A DNA stretch of 55,152 nucleotides, counting the filler, from Sluysia triapertura (lineage: Eukaryota), in assembly GCA_046118255.1 (NCBI GenBank). It is 4 parts of 4 records of this genome, joined end to end, with 100 filler letters (N's around TTAATTAATTAA, not from the genome) between each part and the next. Parts side by side here need not be neighbours in the genome. Positions count along the whole stretch, not along the records: positions 23,252 to 35,479 come from JBJNIA010127631.1; positions 35,580 to 55,152 come from JBJNIA010059872.1; 2 more parts are not named here. One strand, 5' to 3'. A program made the translations under genes and the position numbers. A model generated the notes under the pieces. The model did no database searches, was not told the origin of the DNA, and saw only the letters and a list, made by a program, of their open reading frames with translations. Below, one piece after another: positions 25,254-38,856 of this stretch; the first letter of the stretch is position 1, and each line of letters starts with the position of its first letter.

Positions 25254-25964
25254 TTATTTTTTTTTCAGAGACTTGTAATAGATATCCATTGGGTATTGTT
25301 CACAAATTACGCCGTAATTTTTGTTGGAATTATCTGATAAATCTGATAAACCTTCTTTTTCAAAAGAAGCTACATTTTCTTTTTTAATGTAGTAATTATT
25401 CGGTTCACCACTTTTCCACATGTCGTGAGAAATTTCAACATTGGTACCAAGCCAGAACCATCCGTCTTTTAAATTCGATTTGGAGTTATTTTGATAGCCG
25501 CCAACCCAAGCTGGTAATTTAGCAGTAATCACCTTCACAAAATTAAAAATATCCATGTCAAGTAAAACAGAGATTCTCGACTTTTTATCAACACATAAAT
25601 TTTGACTACCTAAAAAGTCACACCCGGAACATTCGACAAAGAAATATCGTGTTACAGTAAATCGGTTTTCTGATTTTATCTCATCTCGAATGAAAATTTT
25701 AATATTATCCTTACTTAAATCTTTTATAAGTATTCGTTTATTGGATAATAAAACACAAAACATATTATCAGATTTGAATCCTGCACATTTCGATTCCGTA
25801 TCGCAAGTCGAACCACAGTGAACATTCGAAATAAAACTTATATTTCTGACTACAATAAGTGAATCGACAATATTCGATGGAATTTGAAATTGGCGATAAA
25901 TGGAACAATAAATAAAATTCAAATGCAATTCTATAACATGAAACAGGAAGCGGTAAATTTTCAT
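25254..25964 (-). CDS. Putative secreted PAN/apple-like plus C-type lectin domain protein, 236 aa, single exon
   Basis: Intact ORF with a hydrophobic-leaning N terminus, HCGSTCDTESKCAGFKSDNMFCVL (PAN-like), and CTLD motifs WVGG, WFW, WKSGEPNN and ICE. Confidence 0.88.
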   Translation of the reverse strand: MKIYRFLFHVIELHLNFIYCSIYRQFQIPSNIVDSLIVVRNISFISNVHCGSTCDTESKCAGFKSDNMFCVLLSNKRILIKDLSKDNIKIFIRDEIKSENRFTVTRYFFVECSGCDFLGSQNLCVDKKSRISVLLDMDIFNFVKVITAKLPAWVGGYQNNSKSNLKDGWFWLGTNVEISHDMWKSGEPNNYYIKKENVASFEKEGLSDLSDNSNKNYGVICEQYPMDIYYKSLKKK

Positions 25965-26567
25965 TATCTTTATATTCTTAAAAAATTCAAAACCTAATAA
26001 AACTGTTTTTCAAATAATGAATAACATTATTTGAAGAATGTATATTTTATTTATAAAAGCCATAAGAAAAATAATAATAAAATTTCGTTTATTCTTCAAA
26101 GACTCAAACTTATTAAATAAACATTTTTTAAGTAAAACAAACAAGAATCTTAGTTTTCGCATGCAAGTGTTAAGTATATATTGTTTAAACATATATTCAT
26201 TATGTTATTATTAAATGTAAATACGAGCAAGATAGTTTTTAATCACTTTATTTTACTAATTGTACTTAAGTAATGGGTTTAATAATAATTGATAAGAATA
26301 GTGTAATAATAATAATGGGTTTGATAGTAATTGGGAAAGCTATTCATATGTATTTTGTGCATATAGCAAATTTCAAAATTATTTATATTTTATAAGGATG
26401 TACTCTTATTTGTTCACTGGTTTATTTAATTTTGTTCCATTTTTTAACATTATATATTTATGAAATTTGTGTTTTAAGATGACGTATCCCAGGCAACAAT
26501 ATAATTATAAAAATTTAGTTCATTTTAATTTGTTTAATTACAAATATTAATTTAAAAAGTTAAGTCT

Positions 26568-27073
26568 ATGCTTAATTTAAATTCTGTCAATAACATAGAA
26601 AGTGAAGATAAAATTGATAAGGAAGATGTACTGGTGGGTTTGCCAAGAAATTATGAAGAATATATAAAATATTATGAATTGGTAAGATTAATTGTATCAT
26701 TTTATTGCATTCGTAGTTGAATTGGCCTATTTCAATAACATCAGAATTAATTTTAAATTTACGCGAAGAAATGAGTGATTATCAGCAAAAAGAAACTATT
26801 TTTAATTTACTAAAAGAATCAATAAATTTAAGTTAATTTTCGATTAATTGTAAATTTCCGTTAGATTTTGATAAATTAGATGAATGGGAAGAAGAACGAC
26901 AAGAATATGAAAGGGGATTATTTGATGTAGCTTCAAATGTTATAAATGTAGATAAAGTAGAAAGTCAAGATTTAAAAGAAACTGGTTTTCAGAATTCAGA
27001 AGAATTTCAAAATTTAGTTCACTCAGTCAGAAAATCATCCAGTGCAGTCGCTGCGTATTGCGATTTGACTCAA
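26568..27073 (+). CDS. Three in-frame exons of an unidentified gene (probably extends in both directions; may be decayed downstream)
   Basis: Exons 26568-26681, 26717-26831 and 26865-27073 joined by GT..AG introns of 35 and 33 nt give an open frame (MLNLNSVNNIESEDKIDKEDVLVGLPRNYEEYIKYYEL-LNWPIS...DEWEEERQEYERGLFDV...YCDLTQ). Confidence 0.65.
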
Positions 27074-30000
27074 GTGTGTTTTTATTATCAATTACATGCA
27101 AACTTAAAAATTTCATTTAAATTATTTCTGAAATAAGAAACTATCTTGGATTAAATTAAAGCAAATGTTACATTGTCTCATAAATGTAATTGTCGTGTTT
27201 CTTTCATATACACTAACGTTGGAATTTGTATTTAGTTTAGCTAGGCAGATCATTATAGAGTGACTCAGTTGCATTGCAGAAATAATGAGAGAAGTGCTCA
27301 CGTGTCATAATTTGTGGAATTTTCATCAAAATAATCGATCTAAAGAGCGTACTATTCGAATTCGAATTATTAAATTTACATTAACTCCTAATTTAGGACG
27401 TTATTAATGTATCAGCTGCTATGTTTCGAAAATTGGTCTTGTTAAATAAATAATCTTTTAAATAATACCTCTACAGTAATGACCAAATTATTAGACTAAA
27501 ACAGTAAAAATGTTTTTCTTTGATTTGCTTAATATTTGCCATCCCGGCCTGAATCACAGAGAAAGGGATAGTTTCTACCCATAAACCAACCATCAAGAAG
27601 TAACTTGATCAAAGACTTATCCATGACATGCTTTAAGGATCAGGAAATTATTGGATAACAAAGGAGGACAAACAAAGTACTGATACAACAGTTTGTACAT
27701 ATTTGATTTATAGTAAATTGTATTATCACATTCTACATGAATAAAATTTTATATGTATGGGATCTCAGTATTTTTATATATTATTTTACTTTCAGCAGAA
27801 TTTTTGGAGAAAGTCGTTATTTTCCAACATTTACATTTTCCGTGACAATGTTTCACACACTTTTGATTAGTATTCATAGTATCCTTGAAAAATGTTGAAT
27901 TTTATCACAAAATGGTTGTCTCTAGTCTAATAATTGGCCACCACTATGCAACTTGTTGTTTTCCGCAAATACTTTCTTTCTTTCTTTCGTGATGCTCGTT
28001 AAATCTGTTAAATGTGCACATTTTCGATATTTCGATTTCAATTTTAAGTTATATTAATTCGCGTTCCAGAATCAATCTATTTCGTTAATGGAAACATTGA
28101 ATCGACGATCCGTGGATCTGTATCCGTACTCTGGTTACTACGACGACAAATTCACAGAGCTGCCCCCACTAGTCGATGTGAGATACCAGATTTATCTAGT
28201 TGTGAAGAGAATCCCCATCCCGGTTAGTCGTCTAAATTGTCGTTATTTGTGTGGTGTTACCCGCATTCGATGATAATTTATATTATTTTCATTTTCATAA
28301 TTAGTTTTAAGAATTATGCTTTGTCAAACATGAAGCACTGTTCAAAAGACAACATTAGAAAAACTAATTGTTATACTTAATGTGAATGGAATAAACACTT
28401 CCAGATTAAGTTGTTTTCTTCGGCGCCTTATCAAACACGAACACTTTTTAAATAAATCTTGTTTCTTTTCGTGGATAAACATGTCACACTTTTATTCAAG
28501 CTGTCTTGATGCTCACACTCTGCGTGCTGCTGTTGCTGCCGCTGATAATTTCCTTTTACAATCTGTATTAAAAGCTGGAGCCCAGTGACGTTACGAGATT
28601 CACTGAGTCATACATTTTTGAACGATAATACCAGAAATAAAAGAACCACAAGGATAATAAAGACGAAATTTTATAATTTTTTATACATTTTAAATATAAA
28701 ACGTTATATTTTTGTTTTTCCAACTCTTATTATTGTTGGCTCATAAATTATGCATAAATTATTGCGGAGAAAGTAATATTTTGAAAGATAATAAGATGTA
28801 ATTCATTATTTGCTCTTTGTAAATAATAGTTTATTCAAGCTCGATTTTTAAAATTATTGAAGTACTAAATTAAAATTACGTTAGAAGTAATATGCAATTG
28901 AAAAGTATAATAAATAAGGTTAGCAAATTAAAGGTTCAGTAATATGTACGTATTCAAAAAATGAACATTTTGTTATGTAACTTGATTAAACATTTTGGGG
29001 TTACTTAATTTGATCAGATGTCATTTTATATCTAATTAGTTTATTTTATTATTCAGAAAGGCCGACGAAGTGCATACAAAAAGGTGTTCTCTTCACAATC
29101 CTCGATTGCCGTCATAAGTGATGCATTCTGGTGGATATTTCTGGATTATTTCAAAGAGGTTATATCAAATTTTCTGTCAATTTATTTTGGAGACATTACC
29201 AATTAAAATTAATTACTATTTTCCATGTATCAGTGACCCGCAGTACTTGTTATTCTGATTCATCCAATCACAAATACTTGTTCCTCTAAGTTGCTATGTT
29301 TTATATGTGTATATAAGCAATTATGATAATATCTTAAGGGTTCGCCTGTAATTTGTGATTAATAATATCTCGCGAAAGACACAATTAAAGGATTTAGTTA
29401 AATCGCTATGAAAATATTCCCTAATCTTTGTTCTGCAAGAATATCTTTGGCGAGGGTTTATAATTATAATTAAAAAATTTTTATGTAACATTTAACCCTA
29501 CTTATATGAATTTATTAACATTTTACAAGGTTTAGTAACCTAAAATCTAAATAATACGTTCTTAATTTACATTAAGTTATTAAATAGCGATTCTTATAAA
29601 ATGCTCTCGACTACTTTTATACCAAACCTTTTACAAATGATATTCAGCGAATCTCAAAAACTCTGAATGAAAGTTACTAATCAATATATATATTTATTTA
29701 TTTATTTACTTATTTATTTATTTATTAAAACTTAGGATTTTTCCTAATTGTTTTTAGAAATTTACAATGTTAATTGATTGGATGGTAAAATAAACGTTAT
29801 TTTAAGTATATTTTAATGCTAGGTATTTAAGCACAAACTTATAAAATATCAACTTACGAATTCATGGAAACTGATGAAGGTAAGAGTGGTGACAAAGAAA
29901 AAAAGAAAAAGAAGAAAAGTATATTGATGAAGAAAAATTGAATAAAACTAAACCAATATGGACTGCCAAAAGATAGTTGAGAATCAATCAAGTTTTTTAA

Positions 30001-31977
30001 ATCGAAATAATCTTCAATTGAATAATGTACTAATACGTTCCAAGTTATAATCGAATCCCACTTGAAGAATAAGTTATATTTGAGTTTCCAAAAACTGTTA
30101 ATCTTTTCGCGTGCGTATAACGTATATCACTGCGCGCCGAATTGTGGACTTTTACTTTTTATAGTAGATTTTTTATTACGCTAATTAAATAATTTATTTT
30201 ACCTTTTATTACCAGTTATTGTTTTATTCTCGTAATTAAATAATTATAACTTTGTAAAATATTTTCCTTTTATAAAATAATAATAATGAATTCGTAAACA
30301 GATTCTTTCTTGCAAAACTAATAATATTCAAATAAAAAAGTTAAATTTACATAAATTCAAATAATTAAACAAAAGTTACATTCAAAATGTATAAATTTAC
30401 GATTTTATGTACAAACTTACAATTAAAATTTATGAAGTTACGATTCTACAAATTCATCGAATCACATATATTATTATTTCTGCAGAATTCCTTGAAAACT
30501 TTCTGCTTCTCACATCTTCCATATTACAACTTAATGAAATCACATTCAATGTATTCTATATTTGTTCAAAAGATTTAGCAACTAATGAAATTGTTTTTTA
30601 TTGTTCCATCTCAACATTTCTTTCTGTCTTGCTCGCAATTGCAGTCGGAGATCGCCAGCGAAAGTTAAGCGTCTATGCGTTTTTGCATGGAAAATCATAT
30701 TGCTTTGTATTATGAGGAGAGAAAGAAGGAAAGACGAATTTGTGTAAAGAAGCTGAAAAAATATTTTTTATTATAATTTTTTAAATGTGTAACTTTCAGA
30801 GAAATTCCATTATAATGTTAATTTATTATTTTATAATTATTTTGAAGTTTACGAATTTTGTGTGTTTAGATATTCGAATGTTTGTGAATTTGATTTAAAG
30901 TTTAGTTCGTTATTGTGTGTGATATGAATAAAGTTCTAAGTAAAAGAAAACCCTTTCGAATAATCCAGCGTTTGCGGTAGCTCTATTCAATTTATTTTCG
31001 ATTTTTTCAAGTATTTTCAACTATTTTCTACTTCATACTCAGTTCAAGAAATCAGTACTCTTCTAAATCCCAACAAGCTCTATCATCGTTAATTCTATAA
31101 TTGAGAGGAAGATTATTTTGTTGTCATACTTAATTTAGTTACAGAAATTAATTTATTTCACTGTCTCTTAGGAAACCCAAATTCAAGAAGACAAAGAAAA
31201 GTTTTTCAGCAGAATCGCTTTAGATTTTGGAATATTGATATTGAATACGGATGACGAAATATTGGACGGATTCTTGAAGGTAGATTGATTTAGTGATAGA
31301 TGATCTTTTTCTAAATAGATTTATCCAGAATCAGTTGCTATGGTAATTTACAGTTCCTTTTACCGCTCATTTCCCGACTCTAGACAATTGTTCGGTCCCG
31401 AATTCAAACAAAAGATAATCAATACGTGTCATGTGTGGATGTCTGGTTAGAATATAATACAATGATTGACTGAACTATATCAGACTTGACAATGAACTAT
31501 TGTGATATCATCTCGATCGAAGGAATTTGACGAAGAGGCTCTTTATCACATTCTTGCTTTTATTTTGGATTTCAAGCTACACGGACTCTAGTTTCATTTG
31601 AATTCAGAAGTCTTGCAAATAAGCTGAACCTTTTGTGGCTTTCATCAACGTCATACTTCCACTTTGCCGTTTATTCATTATTGATAAACGTTTTGATATA
31701 GCTCGCAAAATTGGAATTTGTTTCTCGATTGATTACTTGATTCTTTATTTGATTATTTAAATAATTAATCCAGTTTTGAAAGTGAGCAGCTATTGGTTTC
31801 TTTTATTTTTATCTTAAATTTTGTTGCTTTAATTAATAAAATTATTCCTTTTTAATTCTTTTTTAAATCACAATTTCCATGAACATGTAATTCATACAAC
31901 ACAAGACGCCTTGCGCCTGATACAAATGATGCAGCAACTATGGGTAGTGCAAATTTGTCAAATAATTGCAAATACAA

Positions 31978-31996
31978 GTCGGCACGAAAGGGTTAA
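31978..31996. mobile_element. Solo piggyBac-type terminus
   Basis: GTCGGCACGAAAGGG followed by TTAA (reverse strand reads TTAA-CCCTTT); partner end not found. Confidence 0.3.
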
Positions 31997-32398
31997 GATT
32001 GTTAATGGCTTGTCACAGCTTTCTGACAAACAAGTAATTGTGCTATGTCTGATTTTCTTGAATAATCAATTAATCATTATTAAAATGATGCAGGAGTCGC
32101 GACGATGTGCCGTGTCATTTTGTTGAATGGAATTGTGGCTGTTTTTTTAAATGGACTTTTCCGTTGTGAGTCTTCGTTTAACTCTCTCTGTCTACCAAGA
32201 CTGCCTAACATTTCATTAATCTTTGCAAGTGGAACTATGTTTAAAGCTCGAAAATCCAAATCCAAATTGATGATATTTTTCTTTTCTAAACATAACGATG
32301 GTGCATTTCATTAAGATACACATTCTTTATTTAGACTTCTTCTATTGCTTAGAAATTGAATCATAATTTATAATTACTTTTTACAAAAATATAATCAG

Positions 32399-32800
32399 AA
32401 TGATTTGTCAATATTTTCAACAAGTGAAGGTTTTAATAAATTTATATTATTCAACTGTAGTTTGATATTAAATGTGTTTTTATGACTATTATTATTATTA
32501 TTATCATTATTATTATCATATTGTTATTATTATTATTATTGTTATAAAGGTCTGCCACCACTGCCAAATTCTTTTCACACGTGGCCGTATGACATTCTTG
32601 AAGGAAATAAAGGGGATGAAGAATTACAAAGTGCGAGAAGTAAGTTTGAAGTGGAATAATGATGATTGATTAAGAGTTCCAAGCAACAACAACAACCAGC
32701 ACTCTAAATACTTCGATTTACAAGGACATTCAGGTGAGTCATTCTAATCGACTTCGCAAATTCGATTATTATATAACAGGGAGTTTTTTATTGTGATTAA
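32399..32800 (+). CDS. 3' exons of an unidentified spliced gene
   Basis: Exons 32399-32429, 32550-32639, 32675-32733 and 32780-32800 splice in frame (NDLSIFSTSEGLPPLPNSFHTWPYDILEGNKGDEELQSARKFQATTTTSTLNTSIYKDIQGVFYCD*); donors include GTAAGT and GTGAGT. Confidence 0.5.
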
Positions 32801-33599
32801 CTCATGGATGTAAGAGGGAAGAAGTTGCGGAGATACCTGGGAATCAAGGGAATTTGGATCAAAATATTAAATATTAATTAGCAGTTATTTAATTTTATTC
32901 ACTACATACAGTTATTTCTGTTCTCGACCATCATATGTGTATTTATAACATTTTGAAGCTGGAACTAGACAGGATCTTTTTGTAGGTGCTTGCTTTGGTC
33001 TCGTTTAAGATTTTTCACTATGAAAAATATTGCCAAGTCACACACATCTGGCAGCATTTACAGGAATTCCGATATTATTTTGTGATATAAATAGATTGAG
33101 GGTTTATTTAAATCTAGAGTACCTTTTTTGGATGAACAACAACAGAATCTGGTCTTAACGCATATGCCCGAGTTAACTTTGGCAGCTTTGTTTTTGAGTC
33201 CAAATTAGTGCACATGCCCGAATTAGCTAGGTATTTAATCGTAACCTGAATAACATTTAAAAATAGGTTTAATACATTTTTTATAATTATTTCTATATTT
33301 TACAATATCAATAAAACATAGCAAATAAAGTTTTTTATTCAATTAATATTCTCATTTTTTAACCTAAAAACTCTTTCTTTTTATTTATAAATACATGCTA
33401 AAAAAAGTGATAATTTTTTGACGGTCTTGTCGAAAAAAATCTTGCATTAAGTGGTTAATCAAGCTTAGAAACATGATTGTTCTAAATTTCTAATTTCGTC
33501 ATTTCTTTTTTCCATTTGGATGCTGAAAAATCAATAGTACTAAGACTTATTTTCTTTTGATTTTTAATACGAGTGTGAGGTTTACTAGAATATACATAG

Positions 33600-33830
33600 C
33601 ATGGCTGGCAACTGGAATATCTGATAGAAGGTGCTGATGCTGATGTAAAACAGATTTGATGGGAAGGAATTAATTTCAATGTTGAAGTGAAAATTAAAGA
33701 GAGCTGCTAATTATGGATTACTATTGATTTGAGGGATACATTTAATAAATTGTCAGGATATAAATTATATTATATCGATGAGGTACACTGGCGTTTAAGT
33801 GGTTATAATTATGTAGAAAGTAGCTGAAGA
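33600..33830 (+). pseudogene. Decayed ORF with weak FERM-C (ERM-like) resemblance
   Basis: QLEYLIEG...WEGINFNVEVKIKESC*LWITID compared with recalled ERM MEYL...YGINYF...LWLGVD; two in-frame stops. Confidence 0.22.
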
Positions 33831-35479
33831 ACAACAAAAAGGAGGAATTAATGTACAAGGGTCTGCTTGTGGTAGCATATGAAAATGTATGCGTCGAATA
33901 TAAACAGGAATATAAATTTGCAACTACTTTATGCTAAATTATTATAAATTATTATTTAACCATGCATAGAATACCTCTATATGTCGCTCCTGAATTAATT
34001 TGGTGGTACGAGCATTTACAATACACAGAAGCAAAAAAAGGCTCAATGAATTACTGAAACAATTGAAGAAAATAGTGTATAAATATATTTTATTTTGAGC
34101 TTCTTTTGATTGATCATGAACATGATTTTATAAGCTAAGTTTCAAAATGAATTTAAATAATTTGTAGGCCTGAGGGATAGTGCAAAACACGTTTTGTCCG
34201 TAAATTACTACAACAAAATAAGTTTGAAAAAAACTAACAAGATAAATTGGAAAACAAGATTGACTCAAACAGACTGTTGTAAATTAAAATCTTTTAAAGT
34301 AATTAATGGTTTTGAAAAAATTGATCAAGCTGACCTAAACAAATAGCTGATGAAAGTAAGCAGACTTATGGAAATGACTGCAATTTTTGTAAAACAAGAT
34401 AGTAATCATCGTACTGGAAATTTAAATATACATTATTTAATTAAAAATACTGGAGATCAAGCTGCAATAGAGTATTTCCCTACTGTAGGGAAATCATATC
34501 AAAATATCAATGCTTCACAAAAAAATATCTCATACATACATAGAACATTAAACAAAGTACCAGATTCATTCAAAAAACAAACATAATCATTGTATATAAT
34601 TGACATGAACTATAGTTATTGTTATTATAAATCAAATCGTATTAAAATATATAATAATTATTGTGATTATTGTCATATAATAACTTTTATAAAAACACCA
34701 TAATATCATCAGATCATCATGTTAAAATATAATAATGACATCGTTATCATTATTACTACTCTCATCTTTATCATCAACTTTACTTATTCTTATTTTCGTC
34801 TGAATTTATATATATTTATGTATATTTATGTATGTGTGTATCTAAAAGGTATATGTCGAAAAAACAGATGTAGTACTAATATCTCCTAAGATACAATAGA
34901 ATCAAGTAAGTAATCAAAGAAGCAATAAATGAAGAAGGACCGAAACGATTACCGTGTGTTAAGCCTGAAATGCCAAAAGATCAATCACCGTGTGAAATTG
35001 ATGAAAAATTAGAAGTAAATCCAGCACAAAATCATAAAACAAGTTAAACAATGTCAGTATTACTAATCTTGGAAGTAGTTGGGCAAATAGTTTAGAATCA
35101 TCATCAGTGTCATCAACGTCACCAACTTCAACCAACCTATAATTTAACACTATTTCTACCACGATTTTTGTGTTTACCTATTTTTACCCAAAAAATTGTA
35201 CATTTAGATCTAGTATGAGCTAAAAGAAAATTATAACAATAAATAAAATTAATAATTATACATATATTGAGAAAAAATGGTTAAAGTTAAAAAAAATTTT
35301 AATAAATTTAATAAATATTATGTATGGATTTGTCGATCAATAATTTATGTTAAGCAGAAAGATGAGACTTTATTTATCAATTATGTCAAAAGTTAAGTTA
35401 TGCTTGAAAATTTTTCTGAAATATCTAAAAACATTGAATTTTTAATAGTGGATTATGAAGAATTAAAAAATTTTCTGGA

Positions 35480-35579
35480 NNNNNNNNNNNNNNNNNNNNN
35501 NNNNNNNNNNNNNNNNNNNNNNNTTAATTAATTAANNNNNNNNNNNNNNNNNNNNNNNNNNNNNNNNNNNNNNNNNNNN
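35480..35579. other. Assembly gap with artificial linker
   Basis: N44-TTAATTAATTAA-N44. Confidence 0.97.
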
Positions 35580-35665
35580 AGCTATCAGCCCCGTCTAACA
35601 ATTTCATTTTTTTAAATATATTCAATTATACTACTTGGCACTTTTTAGGCCTTTTAACCCAACAT
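35580..35665 (-). repeat. Second copy of the tRNA-like locus (5' flank plus first bases), truncated by the gap
   Basis: Reverse complement of about 40063-40146 (AAAAGGCCTAAAAAGTGCCAAGTAGTATAATTGAATATA...GTTAGACGGGGCTGATAGCT). Confidence 0.9.
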
Positions 35666-38600
35666 TATTTATACCTACAATTTCTTTGCTCACATCGTTG
35701 ATAAACATTTTTAGTGAAAAAAATTTAATGAGCTATCGGCTCAGATTTATTTCAGTTTGATTGCCGAATATATTAGTTCTATCACTCATAGAATTACCTT
35801 ACACAAAAAACGAATAAAATATTTAATAAAATAAAAAGACTTGAGACAATATAGATAAAAATGAATTTTATGAATCAAAATAAAAACCTTATGGTAAAAT
35901 TGCTGATTCAGAACCATCAAGAGCTTTACGATGATTTTTTCTAATTCCATCATGACTTTTCGACATTGTTTTTGGTCTATATTATAATAATAATGCTTCT
36001 ACTTATTCTTATACCACAATAAAGTAGTCTCTTCTTATCTTTGTCATTTAAATTAAGATTTAAATATTTATTCATCTGACAAATCTTGGCATGGGAGGAA
36101 CTTTAAGTTCTTTATCAACATGATAATCTTAGAACGTTTAAGCACGTGGATTATTATAATTATCATATATGTAATTTTCTAATTTAAATTTTTTAATCTA
36201 TTTTTTAACAAAAAACCGATCTTCTAATCTAGTATTAACATATTTTTTCGTTATAAGTTGTTTATTAAGTGGATTGTCTAACATTTTGTGTAATCTCTCA
36301 CCAAATTTTGATTTTATTATTTTTACTACTTTAACAGCACAAACACAACAGCACAAGCATCTAATGTTTTATCTCTAGTATCTAAACATATGACTTTTAT
36401 ACGATTAGTAATATTAACATGAATTAAAAATATTAAATCTACTAATCTAACATGAGATTTAGCTATAAAATTAACACGATTTTTAGGCAGATTGCAATGA
36501 AAACCGAAACATTTATCAATATTAGACTGGCTTAGTTCACTTAATGACATATATAATCATCTTCAATTTCAAATGAAAATTATCTAAATTATCTTTAATA
36601 ATTCTGTTAACATCTTTTTTAACAAGAATACTCACAGTAGCTAGAAATTGATATACACCTAAATTTCTGATAAAACCTGCCCGAAAACTATGTATATCAC
36701 GATAGTTTAACATAAATTTAGTACCATCTGAATCTAAACTGCATGTCGTTGCTGCAGTATATTCGGCTCTTTGTATTCGATTAAATTCATATATAATGTG
36801 CAAAAAAATTTTGTATAGTAATCTTTAAACCTTTACGACAATATACAATTGCATTATTGTAACGTCTTTTATGGTGTTCATTGCAATACATATATTACGT
36901 GGTGTAGATATCTTTTTGAATGTTTTCTAATTTTCATGCGTAAACATACTAAACAATTTTTACTGTGTTCTAAAGACGAACAGTCAACGCTATATTACGT
37001 TCTATCTTTTTGTTCTAAACTTTCAAATATGTCAGAACAATTTAATACACGTGAAATCTTAAAGCACTATATCTGATATCCGTTTTTTTGAATCAATCAA
37101 TTGAAAGATCGTTCATAAGAATTGAATTTTTAGAATTGTACACTTCAAAAAATGCATAATTTTTAATTTATAATTTAATTTTACTAGGCCTAAATGCCCT
37201 AACTTTCAGATAAAATGCTTTCGCTTCCTGTGTTTCGTTTTAGAGGTATTACATATTCTAAAATTAGAAAAATGTTGTGCATCATTATTTTGGACAATAT
37301 TACAATATACTTTTTTTAATAATGTAAATTTATTTGTTTGTATATATAATTAAAACTCATATTATAAAATTTCAGAGTATTTTTTAAGAAAACTAAAAAC
37401 GGTCGTTTGACCCCGTCGCGCCATATTAAGTACTATACTAATGTTTCCAAAATTATATTACAAATAATTTTTCACGAACATCTGCTCTTGAAAAATTAGT
37501 AGTATTCTTCATTAATACTTTATTAGTATTCTCATTAATATGTTTTTCTTATTTAAAAACACGAGTTAGTTTTTCCCATAAAGTTGATTTCTTACTGTTA
37601 CTGGAATTAATCTAATATATTCTCGTGATTTATTAAGTTTCTCTTTATATGGATTATGTTGTAATAAAAGCGTTATAAAAAATTGACATTATTGTTTAGT
37701 TACTTCCAGTTCATGTTCAAGTTCTTTAATTTTATTTTTCAAGGTTGTTGATATGGATGAGATTAAGTCTGAAAATGTGCATTTATTGTTTGATGAAACT
37801 GACATTTCTGTTTCTGAATCTTCTGTTATGAACATTTTGCTTTTGTATACGAGTAAGTTGTCAATGAAAATAAAATGGCAAGGTTTAAGTGACATTCTTG
37901 CATATTTGGTTCTGACTCTTCAATATTAAAACTGAATGTTTGACATTGAAAAACTTTCTTCTTTTTTTTATTTTAGAATCTAACCTGAGTTTCTATTTTT
38001 ATGATTTTTTTCTGTAAATATAAACTGAATATTACAATAATTTCCAACATTTCCAACATTTCCAACATATAAATGAGTGATGACTATCAATATGCGTTAA
38101 AGACTGTGTAAAATGAAGATTTGTTTACATCAGAATCACTTTCTACTAACTTGAAAGAAACATTTTGTCAATCAAATTTTTGAATACTGTAAGCTCGTAG
38201 CATCGAACAGAACTAACTAAATAATATTGTGTTTTAAAAATTGGTTTGGAAATATCATTATCATTGTTAAGTATGAAAACAAAATCACATTAAAAAGTTT
38301 TAAGATGTTAAACGTAAAGAAGATAGTGAAATGTTACGTGATTTAAATTGAGAATTTCTTGTTTATACTGTGGATAAAGAAAGATTTTGGATTGAATGAG
38401 TTGCACCAGCATACTATTTAATCCTAAAACAGACATTATTTGTTACAAATTACTCAAGCAATATAATCATAACGTAGATTTATAATACTGCAAATGAAGG
38501 CATCTTTACACCATTTCGAAACGAAGATTCTACGGAGATCGTTTTACATCTTGACAGTATCGTAACTAGTAGTTTGAATATTTGGATAAACGCACACTCC

Positions 38601-38738
38601 GTGAAATTCCAGTTTCCAATTCAGGCTTGATATTATCTAATCTTGTTTGTTGAATACATTATACCTGGCTGGGAGTTATTTTAGTAACAAAACTAACACA
38701 AGAAATGTCTATTTATCCGAATTTTAGTCTATTTTTAA

Positions 38739-38856
38739 CTCATTACTGGCCACTGACGTAGTAATACGTCATTTTTTGTCCGAAATCCAGTAGCCGTGAA
38801 CGTAGTAGTACGTTTTTTGGCAGAATAATTAAGACTTTTTAGCGGCCAGCTATGAG
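38739..38856. mobile_element. TTAA-flanked (piggyBac-type) MITE, 118 bp
   Basis: TTAA on both sides; TIRs CTCATTACTGGCC / GGCCAGCTATGAG; internal ACGTAGTARTACGT twice. Confidence 0.8.

Noticed and set aside
31334-31347. RFX X-box-like GTTGCTATGGTAAT
   Set aside because: A single imperfect match with no identifiable gene start nearby.
27934-32562. GCCACCAC matches at about 27937 and 32554 as module termini
   Set aside because: No skewed body precedes them, and the second lies in a spliced exon (GLPPLP).
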